The notes: a model not told the origin generated them from the sequence alone. DNA of 63,680 bases, filler included, from Octopus bimaculoides (GCF_001194135.2; 6 parts of 5 records of this genome joined end to end with filler, not necessarily neighbours in it), one strand, 5' to 3'; shown: positions 37,150 to 50,910, counted from the first letter of the whole stretch. Numbers and translations: made by a program.

Positions 37150-38004
37150 CTACACGAGCCACACTAAATATGTGACTTTTATGATGTTGGAAGTTACACT
37201 GAAATAGCAAAGCTTCGCGAATTATGTAACATAAAACATCTCACGATCACACATTTAGGAGGAGGTATTTGTTTTATCAAAAGCTAGTGGTGAATGCAAA
37301 ATTGCTTTCGGCGGATGCTTAAATAGTAAAAAGTGAAAACCATGTCACAAACACAACAGGACTTTTTTTACGTTTCTGTAAAAATCTTGCCAATCAACTT
37401 AATTAAAAATAAAATTGAGAAAAATATAGCCTCAGCACTGTGCATTTCAAAACATCTACGTCACTCAAATAAATATGGATCGTGAGAGGTATTAGTTTAA
37501 GTATATGCACCATTAAAAATAGACAACAGACGAGTGTAAACTTCTTTTTCAACATACATCAGAATGAAATTCCAGTAAATAACACGGCTTCTTTCCTCTA
37601 TACAAAATACTATGTAAGATATAACGAGCAATCTTATGATACACAACCACATATACTATCTCGTTCTCTCTCACTCTCTTTCTCTCTCTCTCTCATTCTT
37701 TCTCTCTCTCTCTCATTCTTTCTCTCTCTCTCTCATTCTTTCTCTCTCTCTCTCTCTCTCTCTCCCAGCATACACACACACACGTATGTTTTGGTTAGGA
37801 CTTGATTCTTTTCTATTCTAGGGTCAAGGCTCGGAAGTATTGGGGAGGGGTCCTGTCGATTAGCGTTTGGCCAATCAGATTCGCAAGGAGCCATGAAAGC
37901 ATCGATTGGTTGGTTGGATTCAGCCTGAGGTTAGCTCATAATTTTTCGATCATTTGTTCATATTTAAAAATCGTTGCTTTAAAATCAGAGAATAAATATC
38001 ATTA

Positions 38005-38053
<49 letters not shown>

Positions 38054-38069
38054 AAATGGGACAATAACG

Positions 38070-38730
38070 TAAAACATCCAAAGAGTTAGGTAATACAAAA
38101 AAAGGGACAAGAAACTATCCAGATAGACGATACAAAGGAAAAAAAAGGACGCGTCATTCGGAGTCCTTTTCCTCAGTCTAGTCCCAGATTATCTTTGCAA
38201 TTTCGGCTGGTTATACTCGAGATTGCTCCAATCTGGCCAGCCCCAAGGGAAAACTAAGCTAAGAGCATTAGATTCCTTGAAAGAAAGCAGCGAATATATA
38301 CGCAAATAAGGACTGGAAAAAACGGAGAATGTTACACAAATACAAATAACAGGACATAACAACGGGTATCTTTCGACGAAGGACAAATTAAATTAAGCTG
38401 GCGTGTGCAAGTAAAGCTTTACGATAGAGGTACAAGATTTGACAGGCATAGGGAGGAATATAGATGCTGCACGGACAGCGGCCGAACCAGCATAGAAAAG
38501 TTAAGCGTATTGAAAAATAAAAGAAAGAATAGAGAGAGGTAGAGGCAGAGTGAAAGAAGAAATAAGGAAGGCGCGAGAAAAAAAGACAGGAACACAGTGA
38601 AGTGAAAAGAGGAGGGAAAGTGAACATGAAGAGAAGGCAAGAGAGGTGGAACGAGAGGATTAAGTAAGCGTGAAAAGGCTGATAGAAAGAAGGAAAGAAT
38701 AAAAGAAATGAAGAATAAAATCATACAAGT
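38070..38730 (-). mobile_element. Purine-rich repeat, possibly a Penelope-like terminal region
   Basis: Contains a minus-strand CTGAGGA...ggactccGAA...GACGCGTC motif of the type seen at Penelope-like element ends. No coding evidence. Confidence 0.3.
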
Positions 38731-38951
38731 CGTATATATATATATATATATATACTGGAACGAACACGACACAATGAAGTAGAGAAATTTGAAAAGACAA
38801 CACGAAACCGGTTATTTCTGAAAATACAATGTTTATATACGAAAAAAATTTTATAACATTCTTCTAACATTTTTCTAACATTTTTCTGACATAATTTAAA
38901 TATATACTTTAACCATGTAACACAAGCCTTCTGTAGTTTTTTCACTCTTAT

Positions 38952-39005
<54 letters not shown>

Positions 39006-39019
39006 CTGTGTGTATGTGT

Positions 39020-39052
<33 letters not shown>

Positions 39053-39364
39053 GAAACGTTCTCTAGGAAACAGTTTGACTGTCACAATGAAAATATTGTG
39101 TTAAACTTCATTAATCTAGCCCACCCCTCACCTCAGTGTAACTGGTATTACCATGCATGTATTAAATATAAGTAAAATTACGAATCAATGCTGCCATAAT
39201 TAGACTTATATTGCTAAAACATAATTTAATAAATGTTAAGTTATATAATCAACCTTCGATTATTTTTTTATATTGTAAGTATTGCAATAAAATACAGAAA
39301 AATATATTACTCTCTGAACAAACATCCGAAAATTAACAAGTAAAATATATATATCTATTGCATA

Positions 39365-39366
39365 CG

Positions 39367-39419
<53 letters not shown>

Positions 39420-39438
39420 TATAATAATAATAATAACC

Positions 39439-39484
<46 letters not shown>
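39365..39484. repeat. (AAT)n microsatellite, about 40 units
   Basis: Directly visible. Confidence 0.95.
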
Positions 39485-39485
<1 letters not shown>

Positions 39486-41059
39486 CGTGATGCTATTTAT
39501 GAAGAATAGCGAAATATATGACCCAATGTCCAGTTGGTAACGGCAAAGCGTTTCCTAATTACATATGCCAGAGGTACTGCATATTCATATAGCCATAATC
39601 ACAATCCAACTATAAATAGAGATATATTAATAAATACCACAAAATTCATAAAATATTCTGACTACTATACATTTTTATCAAATTTAATATTTAATATTTC
39701 CAATGTGATTATTTAACATATTTTCAGCACAACACAGTTAACATTTTGTTTGCTGTAATGTGAATAATTTTAACAGGATTATATTTTACATACAAAATAT
39801 ATTTGTCGGCTCCCACGCTCACGTGTAAAGTTATTCTTCGTATTTGATCGTCTGCAATCTGTTGAAATATTATAATTCGAATTATAATATAGGCTCTGGC
39901 GTGGCGAAGCAAACGAGGTTTTAACATACTATACGAAGACAAGAGTAGTATATGCCAAAATTCCACTTCATGAAACATTAGCTGCTATATGTATATTATG
40001 AAGATAATTTTGAAATTAGTAATTTCACAATGACTAGATTTTAAATGGCGTTCGTTTATAGCATACTACGAATGTCTGAAACTTTTGAACTTCAACGAAA
40101 AAAAAAAAACAGACATTTTGTCATGTGAGCAGTATTTAGTCAGTTTATATCGAATTATATTTCACTGTGTTGTGTAAAGTTTCTCAGTACAATTGCTGTG
40201 AGCTATTATTTTCATCAAAATGCAAGTTGGCATTATGTTGTGATTTACGTACATACACAGAAGTATGCATACATACATAAGTACACACACACACGCACAC
40301 ACATATGTATATAGTTCTTGTATGTAAATATTTATGTGCGTGTGTTTGTGTGTGCTATAATACCTGTTGCTACATATTGCTGAATGGTATTCTGATTGTA
40401 TCTAGCATATGCACCACACGCACACAAACATACATTAATAGTTACATACATACAGACAAACATACGTACATACATACAGACATAAGAGCTTTTATATGTT
40501 TGTGTATGTCTGTGTTTCGAGTGGACGTACGTTCAATTAGGTGATAGTACTGGTATAGATACTTGACAGTCTGAAAATATTAACAGTTATATCTATGTCT
40601 TTGGAGTGTTTGACGCGGTGAAATACTAGGAGAATACATTTCTCAGTATTACAACGGCTTCCTGTTTTCATACTTTGAATTATTTGTGTTTAAAATCTCT
40701 TAGTGATTATTCTGTCTCTGCGATAAAATTTTCAAATTAATGATAGGAAAATTGTAAGTCTTCTCTAATTTTCAAATTTCTTGGTGAAAATTACTGCATT
40801 GGATATCAATATTAAACTTCTTACATTCGGTTATTATGATTCATCGATTTTAAAATTGTCACTTAACTCATGTTAAAGGATGTTGTTATATTAGACGTAT
40901 TATAGTTATATTTGATAGCTTTGAAACATATAAATTTTGTTTTATAGCTAATCGTTATGACTTTTATCTGTGTTGTTGAAGATAGTTCCTTATAAAACTA
41001 CAATTAAGATGCAAAGAATGATACTGACTCACAAATGTATTTCACTTTCAGTCTATTAT

Positions 41060-41300
41060 TTCTTTTTGGCCTTTCTGTTTTCAGTCATTGGATTGAAGCC
41101 ATGCTGGAGCAACACCTTGAAGGGCTTAGGCAACGAAATTAGACACCGCACCGACTACTTATTTTTTTAGCCTGATAATATTATATCCGTCCCTTCTTTG
41201 TGGAAGTGCGATGTTATTAGACGTAAACAAACCAACACTGATTGATAAGCTGCGATGGGAGACAAGCACAAACGCAAAGACATCCACTCATATATGCATA
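41060..41300 (-). mobile_element. SINE family B, 3' half
   Basis: tttcagtcattggattgaagccatgctggagcaacaccttgaaggg...gacgtaaacaaaccaacac. Confidence 0.75.
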
Positions 41301-41355
41301 CATATATGCATAAATACCATACATACAAGTATGTGTTTGTATCTCTATATATATA

Positions 41356-41532
41356 TGTTGTGTCCCCGCCCCCAGGCGAAGAAGTAGGATCTCCCAAGAC
41401 ATATAAATAGAGGTAGTCTGGCCGTGGTAGAGGTGTTGAGTAGCAGTTGAGTAGCAGTCGAGTAGCAGTTGTGTAGCGGTTGAGTAAGAGATCATCCGAA
41501 GGTGCTAGATACTAGTAGCTTGAGACATAACA
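41356..41532 (+). mobile_element. Possible short solo LTR containing five 11-bp tandem units (ttgagtagcag, 41436-41490)
   Basis: Termini tgttgtg...cataaca (inverted, 1 mismatch), internal tataaata. No convincing TSD. Confidence 0.3.
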
Positions 41533-42132
41533 ATACATTATCCGGGCTTCTCTATGTTCACGTTGAGCATCTAAAAGCTACAATTTTGGGGCTGGATCAC
41601 TGATATAGAAGACGCTCGTTTTATTGAGAAGCATGTTTCTTACTATGCAACCATACTTGCAACTATTTTTTTTATTAATCACCATGACCTATTCCGTATA
41701 TTATAATTATAATTGACGCTGTTGTTTCACTCCATTATTCCTTAAATATATGACATATTAATATAAAACATTAAGCCTATTCTCTTGAGACAATAAGCTT
41801 TCAAATAAGTAAATTATATCAGCGTATTACCTCCCTTCCCTTATCTTATCACTCCCTTTATCGCTCTAAATTTCTTCTCATCTTTCCCTTACATTTTTCA
41901 CTTCTATTAGCGAAGCTGGCCTCTCACAATGTAAAGCATTTATCTCTGACATCTAGAATATACACTCACGCATACACTCCAGAAAACTAGTTTAAAATCC
42001 ACCCTTTCATATCCACTAAACATATTTATCGCATCTTTATCCCTTCCCCTTCAACACTTACATTCACTTCTGTTAATGCGAGCTAGGTATATTCACACGC
42101 ACATACACGGACATATATACACACGAACACAC

Positions 42133-42177
<45 letters not shown>

Positions 42178-42706
42178 GGTGTGTGTATACATACATATAC
42201 ACATACATACATATAAATATATAAATATATATATGNNNNNNNNNNNNNNNNNNNNNNNNNNNNNNNNNNNNNNNNNNNNNNNNNNNNNNNNNNNNNNNNN
42301 NNNNNNNNNNNNNNNNNNNNNNNNNNNNNNNNNNNNNNNNNNNNNNNNNNNNNNNNNNNNNNNNNNNNNNNNNNNNNNNNNNNNNNNNNNNNNNNNNNNN
42401 NNNNNNNNNNNNNNNNNNNNNNNNNNNNNNNNNNNNNNNNNNNNNNNNNNNNNNNNNNNNNNNNNNNNNNNNNNNNNNNNNNNNNNNNNNNNNNNNNNNN
42501 NNNNNNNNNNNNNNNNNNNNNNNNNNNNNNNNNNNNNNNNNNNNNNNNNNNNNNNNNNNNNNNNNNNNNNCACACATATATATACATATATACATATATA
42601 TACAAGAATAAGGGCAGGGAATCGTCAATTAATAATAGAATTAACAATTAACAATTTTGCCAAGTAGTTCAGTATGAAAAAACCTTTATCGGTAAAACCA
42701 TTTATC

Positions 42707-43244
42707 ATCATAGATATACAGGGATTAGCATTGAGTTGCTTCTCCAACATACTGAAAATTTAGAAATAGCAGTCAAAGAACTACTGATTCTAAACTACAA
42801 ATTTTTCTCTAAATGGATGGCGATATTTATGGCACACATGGAACAAAAAACCGGAGAGGAAAGCATAAATAAAACAAGTCCTTAGTTAATCGGATACGAT
42901 CGTTTCATGGTTAAGAGAATGAAAATTTCCCTATTCCAAATCTTCAGTCCGATATTCTGATAAATTTGAAAGTGTCTCTAAACAAATTTATCAGAATATC
43001 GGACTGGAGATTTGGAATAGGGAAATTTTCATTCTCTTAACCATGAAATGATCGTATCCGATTAACTGAAGACTTGTTTTGTTTATGCTTTCCCCTCCGG
43101 TTTTTTGTTCCATGTGTGCCATAAATATCGCCATCCATTTAGAGAAAAATTTGTAGTTTAGAATCAGTAGTTCTTTGACTGCTATTTCTAAATTTTCAGT
43201 ATGTTGGAGAAGCAACTCAATGTTAATCCCTGTATATTTATGAT
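42707..43244. repeat. 538-bp palindrome: 262-bp arms (42707-42968 / 42983-43244), 14-nt spacer
   Basis: Manual alignment gives 8 mismatches in 262 bp, all transitions, no indels. Confidence 0.97.
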
Positions 43245-43289
43245 TATATACATATATATGTATGTATGTATGTATCTAATCTATGTATG

Positions 43290-43505
43290 GTGGAGTCGTG
43301 GAGCTAGGAGGTGTGGGTGTTGGAGTCATGATCTTAACATTGTGGTTTCGTTTCATGAACTGGGCGATGTGTTGCGTTCTTGAGCAGAACATTTTGTTTC
43401 ACCTTCCGCAAATACACCCTTCAACTGGCAAAAGTAAGTAATCTTACGACGGACATGCATCCCATCCAGGGGCAAGGGTAAGCTGTAAATGTTTACGCTA
43501 CTGAA
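43290..43505 (+). mobile_element. Diverged family-C-type SINE
   Basis: tgtggtttcgtttcatgaactgggcgatgtgttgcgttcttgagcagaac...gcatcccatccag, homologous to 57693-58030. Confidence 0.65.
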
Positions 43506-43691
43506 TTCTGGGACCCATCGCTAATATACTTTTTGACAGATATATATATATATANNNNNNNNNNNNNNNNNNNNNNNNNNNNNNNNNNNNNNNNNNNNNN
43601 NNNNNNNNNNNNNNNNNNNNNNNNNNNNNNNNNNNNNNNNNNNNNNNNNNNNNNNNNNNNNNNNNNNNNNNNNNNNNNNNNNNNNNNNNNN

Positions 43692-43783
43692 CAGAATACG
43701 ACAGTTCATTATTCCATTTATTTAATTATTTTTTAATTATTTTAAATAATTAAATAAATGGAATAAAGATCTGTCGTATTCTG
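43692..43783. repeat. 92-bp hairpin: 40-bp arms with 2 mismatches, 12-nt loop
   Basis: cagaatacgacagttcattattccatttatttaattattt pairs with aaataattaaataaatggaataaagatctgtcgtattctg. The left arm starts at a gap edge. Confidence 0.9.
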
Positions 43784-43918
43784 AGTCTCTACATTTTTAA
43801 ACATACAAATTTGAAACCTTGGAAATATAAACAATGAGAGCGACCCTTGAGGAATCTAATAAATGATCCTTTAGGGTGAAGTCTTATGCTATATTGGTAG
43901 CGATTACGAAATTTACTG

Positions 43919-43958
<40 letters not shown>

Positions 43959-44278
43959 CACAAACTTACGAGTATATAAACTAGACTATAATCAATTATG
44001 CATTAAAATTCGCGGTAATTGATATGTAGGCTATGTGGATGAATTTGGTGCATACGGAGCCATGTAAACATTGATACCATGTTCAACTCCAAGTGCGTCG
44101 GCCCATATTTTTTCTATGAATTAACTTTAGTCATTTTAATTGGAGCATATATTATCAAATAATATACAATTATAGTTAATATTGATGCATGCTTTTTAAT
44201 AATTTTTTACTTATGTGAGACTGAAAACATTCTTGAAGTGTAGGCGCCCTAGATTTTGAACATAACAGAAAAAGACCT

Positions 44279-45040
44279 GAGTTCAAGCTTGGGCACAGAA
44301 GGCTCGTATTCCAAGGCTTGTATCGCAAACTGCTGCCAATATCTGCACAACATCTAGAGAAGGGTTCACAAGTGATCGCACAGGACGAAGGTGGTTTCAG
44401 AGATTCCGTGGTGTTGATGAGAGCTTTGATGATGAAGAAGGTAGAGGGCAGTGAAGCAGTCTTGATAATGAAGAATTTGAATTCAAGTTTTGAAAAAGAC
44501 CCACGTTAAGGTCTCTGGGAAATGTCTCGGCCACATGGTGTCGGTATTTTCAACGGTCTTAGGCAATCTGCAGAAGATTGGTTAGGTAAAATATCTCGAT
44601 AAATAGGTATCACGTGAGCTCAATGAAAGTGAAAAAGTTCGGCTGCATTTTGAAGTGTGCTCTATGTTTTTTTTTGCGAAACACCAATGATCCATTTCAG
44701 GACTGAATTATCACTTGTACCGTAAAGTTGACCCTTTATGATAACCGTAAACGATTATGTCAATGGTTTGAATTGTGAAGAGTCCCCCAAACATTTCCTA
44801 AAGCCAAAGTTGCATCAGAAAACGGTCATGGTAACTGTATGGTGATCTGCAATTGGTGTTGTCCATTACAGCTTTCTTAGCATTACAGAAGAGGTTTACT
44901 GCAATCAATTCGTTGAAATACACGCTCACTTGCCAAAAAATGAGACCTGTATTAGTGAATCGGTGTGCTCTAATTCTGCTCCACGATATTGTAAAGCGAC
45001 ATGTTGCAAGAATGAAACTGCAGAAATTTACAGACTTACG
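44279..45040 (+). mobile_element. Decayed mariner (Hsmar1/SETMAR-like) transposase
   Basis: FKLGH, RRWFQRFRG, *VSREL (WVPHEL), ITCTVKLTLYDNRKR (ITCDEKWILYDN), LHQKTVMVTVW*SAIGVVHYSFL, LLHDIVKRHVA (LLHDNARPHVA). Many disablements. Confidence 0.88.
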
Positions 45041-46379
45041 TCATTTATTACAATGCAGCCATCATATCTTGCTTGATGTACTTAACAAGACTGAAGTGTC
45101 TGGTTTTCTGCATTTGCCGAAGTGATGCTTTCCATTTGTCAGTCACACTATATGGAGGAATGTGTAACCTATGGCTGTTGATATTCTGGTATGCTCCGAG
45201 ATTGCTACATATCTGAAATTTCTTGACGGTGAACAAGTTTAATCACCAAATGGTAGATAGGTTTTCTCTAACTCGTTACTTTAATGGTGATGCAGTCTTT
45301 GATTAAGTAAAAACCAAGGAATGGCAAAGGAGTTTGATATCTGAAATGTTGTGAATGTTTCACAGCTATCTCTAAATCGGGCGCAGCGTCAGGTGGGTGC
45401 GCCACATAAGCGCTCTTTACAAGTTTAGTTAAGTTCTCAGAGAACAGGTGCGTAGAATCACCTGAGAGAACAGCCAACGGCAGTCGATTTTATGAAACTG
45501 AGAGTTTCAGGAGCAATGTTCACCTCGATGGAACATGATCTCAGAAACTAAGGATCCGGGAAAAATACCTCATTGTATTTATCCCACAATTAAAAGGTTC
45601 TGTTAATTCACAAAGCTCTTTTATGAACCTAATATACCAATATATAGTTCACCTGGTTACACCGGAAAATTTAATAGTACGTATTGTAGATCGGTATTTT
45701 CGCAATGTGGGATTTTTTGCATTGTGGCATTTTCATAGTGTGACATTTTCCCAGGATGGCATTTCCGTCAGTGTCCTTAAATAGAACGAAACTAAGGAAG
45801 CCGGTCAGATGTTCTGCACGCATTCCTATATTTCAGACCTACAAAATATCACACTTTCAAATACTAACTCTACATATTTGGCTGCTTTTAACTAGCTCCA
45901 TTCTGCGAAAAGCGTTTGGACCAAATCCTGTTTTAAAGCTTTGAATAATTCCAACCAACAGCTGCATATATGCTAATAAGAATGCTTAGAGACGAGTCCT
46001 CTTTGTATGACTATTAAGAAAAGAAAAACGAAACCATATACTTTTAGTTTACTATATATCGAATATTCACAATATGTAATATTGAATTATCCATTTACAT
46101 TTATTATTCCAGTTAACACAAACGGTGTTTCCCCAATTGTCAAATTTAGAGTAATGTAGAATCCTTCCAATTTTGTTATTAGTTTTATCTCTCATAATAT
46201 AAGGAATATGTCAGTCGGATTGATATTCAATAAATGCATCAATATTAAGTTTGGAATCGTTATATCTTAATTACAATAACTGCGTATAGGATAGTTTAAA
46301 TTGCATAACGATTCATATAAGGAATTGCCAGTGAACAACCAATCATTTTTATGTAGCATATTAAATATAAACTTGACAT

Positions 46380-46900
46380 AACTATCTTTCCAACTAATTT
46401 CGACAGGAAGAGTTGAATGATATTATAAAAGCGTTTCATCTAAAATCACCGGATAGATGTGTAAAGTGTCGAAACGTGAGTAGTTATCCATATTCCTTTG
46501 AACAGATGTATGTGTAGATGTTTGCACCTGTATATTCCTCTCTGAATGAACAGGATATTTTTGCTTGTATACTTAAATGTTGGCTGTTACATAAATTATT
46601 CAAACTTCATGTCTGCCTTTATTGTGTATTATACACTATGTGTTTGGTTTCTTTTTTGCAAAGATTTGTTGATTCTGTGTTGCGTTTTAAAGATTTGCTG
46701 TCTTTTTCATGGTGTTCCATCACTTATGTTGGTATCACCTGCTGTCTATTCATTCTTAATAATTTGGACATCAATATCCAGTTGATGGAATCAAACATTT
46801 GTTTATATCATTGGAATCGACAAATAAAATCTTTTCGCTTTCTTTCGATAATTCTTTCACAATAGGCTACCGATTGGTATTGATTTAAGACTAGGTTTTT
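46380..46900 (-). mobile_element. Possible Penelope-like GIY-YIG endonuclease relic
   Basis: Minus-strand pieces TSKNILFI...EEYTG and HIHICSKEYG loosely fit the PLE GIY-YIG region. Heavily degraded. Confidence 0.3.
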
Positions 46901-48504
46901 TCATCACTAACAGCGTTATTATTGGACAGGGGAACAGAGCATCACGTTTTGAATCGACTGAAGAAATGTATTTCCATTTGATAAATGCAACCAATAAAAA
47001 AGTTTAGCAAAATATGTATGTAAGCTCCATTATGAATCTTTAATAATATTCGCATTCTCTCGATTGTTGTATTCAATAAATATTGTTAAAATATAATGCT
47101 GCTAAGTAAAGAAATACATTAAGTTAAAAGCTTAGTAAAATATATATTCTAGCTTGGCCGCCTATAAAACTTATAGGAAACCTAGACGGGTTCTTTTCTA
47201 ATTCTACTATCCCTTTGTAAATTAGAGGTCTATGTTTTATAGATGATGTTCTTTCACAAGTCGTTCCTGATCAAGATAATACAGCTCTGATCGAAAAAAA
47301 TCAACACGTCATCATCTCGAACTTTATTGAAAAATAGAAATATCTCATAGGCACTGGAAGTCAAACTTACTTTGTGATTTGAGCGACATTTGACTGCATC
47401 ATTGCCTGTGAAAATTAGAAATGATTTAATACGATTAATGTAATATAAAATTTAATATATTATATTGTACCTATCAAAAGATATTGATTTTCTCTCAGTA
47501 AAAACTAATATATTTTGGTTTTGAAATGTAAAAGCGCTTACAACTTTGTAGTATATTCCAAATTGCATACTTAAATATTTCTAATCATCACACTGTAGAG
47601 TAAGTCGGATATTTTAGATCAAAAGTAATTACGTAGAATTAAAGACAAAGATGTGTTTATTATGCGTATCTAAATGTGAAGGAAAGCGAAATAAAATAGC
47701 TAAAAAAATAAAATGTAACATATAAAAAATACGCAGCAATATCTTTGTCATAGTCGAGTTAATTAGGGCATGTATAGAACATATCCATGAACTTTCAAAG
47801 GCAGTTTACTGATGTTGATTGGGTGTTCTTAGAGAAGGACTACATTTTACCCCGAGGCCAAGTGAATTCTTCGGCTAATGTGTGTGTATGCATGAATATA
47901 TATGTATATATATATATATATATATNNNNNNNNNNNNNNNNNNNNNNNNNNNNNNNNNNNNNNNNNNNNNNNNNNNNNNNNNNNNNNNNNNNNNNNNNNN
48001 NNNNNNNNNNNNNNNNNNNNNNNNNNNNNNNNNNNNNNNNNNNNNNNNNNNNNNNNNNNNNNNNNNNNNNNNNNNNNNNNNNNNNNNNNNNNNNNNNNNN
48101 NNNNNNNNNNNNNNNNNNNNNNNNNNNNNNNNNNNNNNNNNNNNNNNNNNNNNNNNNNNNNNNNNNNNNNNNNNNNNNNNNNNNNNNNNNNNNNNNNNNN
48201 NNNNNNNNNNNNNNNNNNNNNNNNNNNNNNNNNNNNNNNNNNNNNNNNNNNNNNNNNNNNNNNNNNNNNNNNNNNNNNNNNNNNNNNNNNNNNNNNNNNN
48301 NNNNNNNNNNNNNNNNNNNNNNNNNNNNNNNNNNNNNNNNNNNNNNNNNNNNNNNNNNNNNNNNNNNNNNNNNNNNNNNNNNNNNNNNNNNNNNNNNNNN
48401 NNNNNNNNNNNNNNNNNNNNNNNNNNNNNNNNNNNNNNNNNNNNNNNNNNNNNNNNNNNNNNNNNNNNNNNNNNNNNNNNNNNNNNNNNNNNNNNNNNNN
48501 NNNN

Positions 48505-48543
<39 letters not shown>

Positions 48544-50444
48544 TACATATATAGATGTAATGGGCTTCTTTCAGTTTCCGTATAGCCAATCCATTCACAG
48601 GACTTTGGTGAACCCACAAGTAATGGTTCCACCCGAGTTTATAAATAAATGATATCTGTGTAAGACTCCACACATTCCCCCGGTTATCTCATGTTTGCAA
48701 TGTTAACTTCTTACCTAGTCAGCTATATTTAGACTCCGTGTGACTTATTTACGTCAAGCAATACATTGTCTAGTGAATGATGAACACTGAAATATATTGA
48801 ACTTAAGCTTCACAAGGTTTTTATATGACGTATCGGATTGTTCATTTTTTGAAAAAATGACTTCACTTGAAAAGTATTAAACTTATTAACACTGGATATA
48901 ATAATTTTAAAACGTAGCTGCATGGATATCCTTTCAGAGTTTTCATAGTAAATCTAACTCTCGTTGGCGGTTTCCATTATGCAAGAATTTTAAATGTTTC
49001 CTAACTGAGCGGTTTCTCCAAGTTGACAGCATTGATTACTGAGAAAACAGATTACTGTAAAAAACAACCAAGCATAAAAGCAGCAAAGAAATGTTGGAGG
49101 TGTATTTATTGCTGAAGCATTTTACGTTATTTTCTAAATTGTATTCAATTTTTATTCGACACCTACTATAAAACATGGTCAGTAACAATGCTAATAGAAT
49201 TACGTTAGGTGAAACAATTCTCGAGTTCATTTTCTCATGTTTATATGCTTATGTTAATCGTTATGAAAGCAGACATCATCAGCTGCGTTAATAGTGGAAA
49301 GAACATCTTTCTGGCCTAATCACTTTGGTTAATTCATTGCAAAGGTTTCGACGTGAGAATCTCTATTCTGTTTTAACGACATGCTTCGAAAATTGACTTT
49401 GTATATGCGACGATATTCTTGGCTGTGTTATTACATTCTTTTGTTGATTAAGATAGTACGAAACTTTTGAAGTATGCATGTTAAACAAATCTTTACAATA
49501 ATGTTGCAATGGCGATAGCTCGACAGTTTTTGGTAGATGGTTAAGTTATGTGATGTTAAAAACCAGTTCGAACAGATTTTCAAATGTTGAATAGATTGAT
49601 GTAATTATTTGTTCCTCATACTTCACATAATTAGATTTATTCGAAAGAATACATCAAAAAGACGGAAGGAGGTGAAATTAATTTAAAGTGGTATCAGATA
49701 TAGTAAGGTTGAAATCAAGAATACTGGTATCATTGAAAATGCACTAGCAAAAATGTTAACAAGCTGACGGAGATTAGATTATATGTGAAAGTGAGTAGCG
49801 TTGTCATCTGAGAATCGACGGCTACATATGCAGTGGATATTTATAGAGCTATGATTGCAATGGATTGCCTAATGAGAGTAAAATATCATTACCGAAATAT
49901 ATGAGAAGTGCGTGTGTAGAGGAGATCAGCACTGATACGATCCTGCAATAATGAATAGCAAATTGTTCAGAAAGCACGTTTTTGATTTTGTGAAACATAA
50001 CCAGGCACACCATCATACGTAGATATAGATATATATGTATATATAAATACATAACTTACTGTAGATAAAATCAGGAAGCGTTGCGTTCCACTACTTAGTA
50101 AATTAAAAAGCGTATAGTAAATACACAAGCGAAAAGTTCAACCACGTACAGCATATACTGCGTGCACAATCGAAGGCAATACATACAGAGAAGATCCCAA
50201 GCTCTTCATCAACTATCCACTAGATGGCATTGCTCAGTTTCGCACCAGTAATGAGAGGACTGAGATGAATTCCATGTTGGTGGTGCCCGCGAAAGTTGCG
50301 GAGAAGTCACCTCCCTGTGATAATGCGTCAAGTACTTTATATTTAAGCTAAACTGTCCAGTACCGAATTGTTCTGCAATGTTATGATTTATAAATCAAGC
50401 GCTACAAGACGATAACGTTAAATTCAACTTACGTTGATAGTGAA

Positions 50445-50590
50445 CAATATATTCTACAATATATGGATACTTTATCCTGTTCATGCTATTGTATTAGCAT
50501 TATCATGCGTTTGAGAATAAATTATTTCTGTATATTTCAATACATATCAACGCTTCTAAATTTGTTTTGTTTACTTTCATCGTAAGTTGA
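50445..50590 (+). mobile_element. SINE family D body (second copy)
   Basis: atatgga..tttatcctg...atcatgcgtttgagaataaattatttctg...caacgcttctaaa...gtttactttcatcgtaa matches the reverse complement of 2420-2560. Confidence 0.65.
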
Positions 50591-50699
50591 AAATATATNN
50601 NNNNNNNNNNNNNNNNNNNNNNNNNNNNNNNNNNNNNNNNNNTTAATTAATTAANNNNNNNNNNNNNNNNNNNNNNNNNNNNNNNNNNNNNNNNNNNNT

Positions 50700-50910
50700 A
50701 TACATGTGCTTATCTTCGGGTCTGTGTTTGTCTCCCACCACCACTTGAAAACTGGTGTTGGTGTGTTTATGTTCCCATAAATTAGTGGCTTGGCAAAAGA
50801 AATCGATAAAATAAATACCGAGCTTAAAAAAAGTACTGGGGTCGTTTCATTCTGTAAGATGGTGCCTCAGCATGGCCGTACTCTAATGACTGAAACAAGT
50901 AAAAGATACG
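50700..50910 (+). mobile_element. SINE family B, 3' half
   Basis: gtgtttgtctcccaccaccacttgaaaactggtgttgg...cagcatggccgtactctaatgactgaaacaagtaaaaga. Confidence 0.8.

Noticed and set aside
41436-41490. Regular 11-bp repeats that might suggest a CRISPR-like array
   Set aside because: Contiguous tandem units with no spacers, in eukaryotic DNA with no cas genes.
42740-42790. Palindrome arm translates to ELLLQHTENLEIAVKE, like the receptor-GC coiled-coil (MExYxxNLExxVxERT)
   Set aside because: Similarity stops before the ERT...LLxxxLP continuation, and there is no good acceptor or donor. Probably chance, though worth one tblastn.
45268-45477. Minus-strand VAHPPDAAPDL, resembling the mariner HPPYSPDL motif
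   Set aside because: Isolated motif with no supporting flanking similarity.
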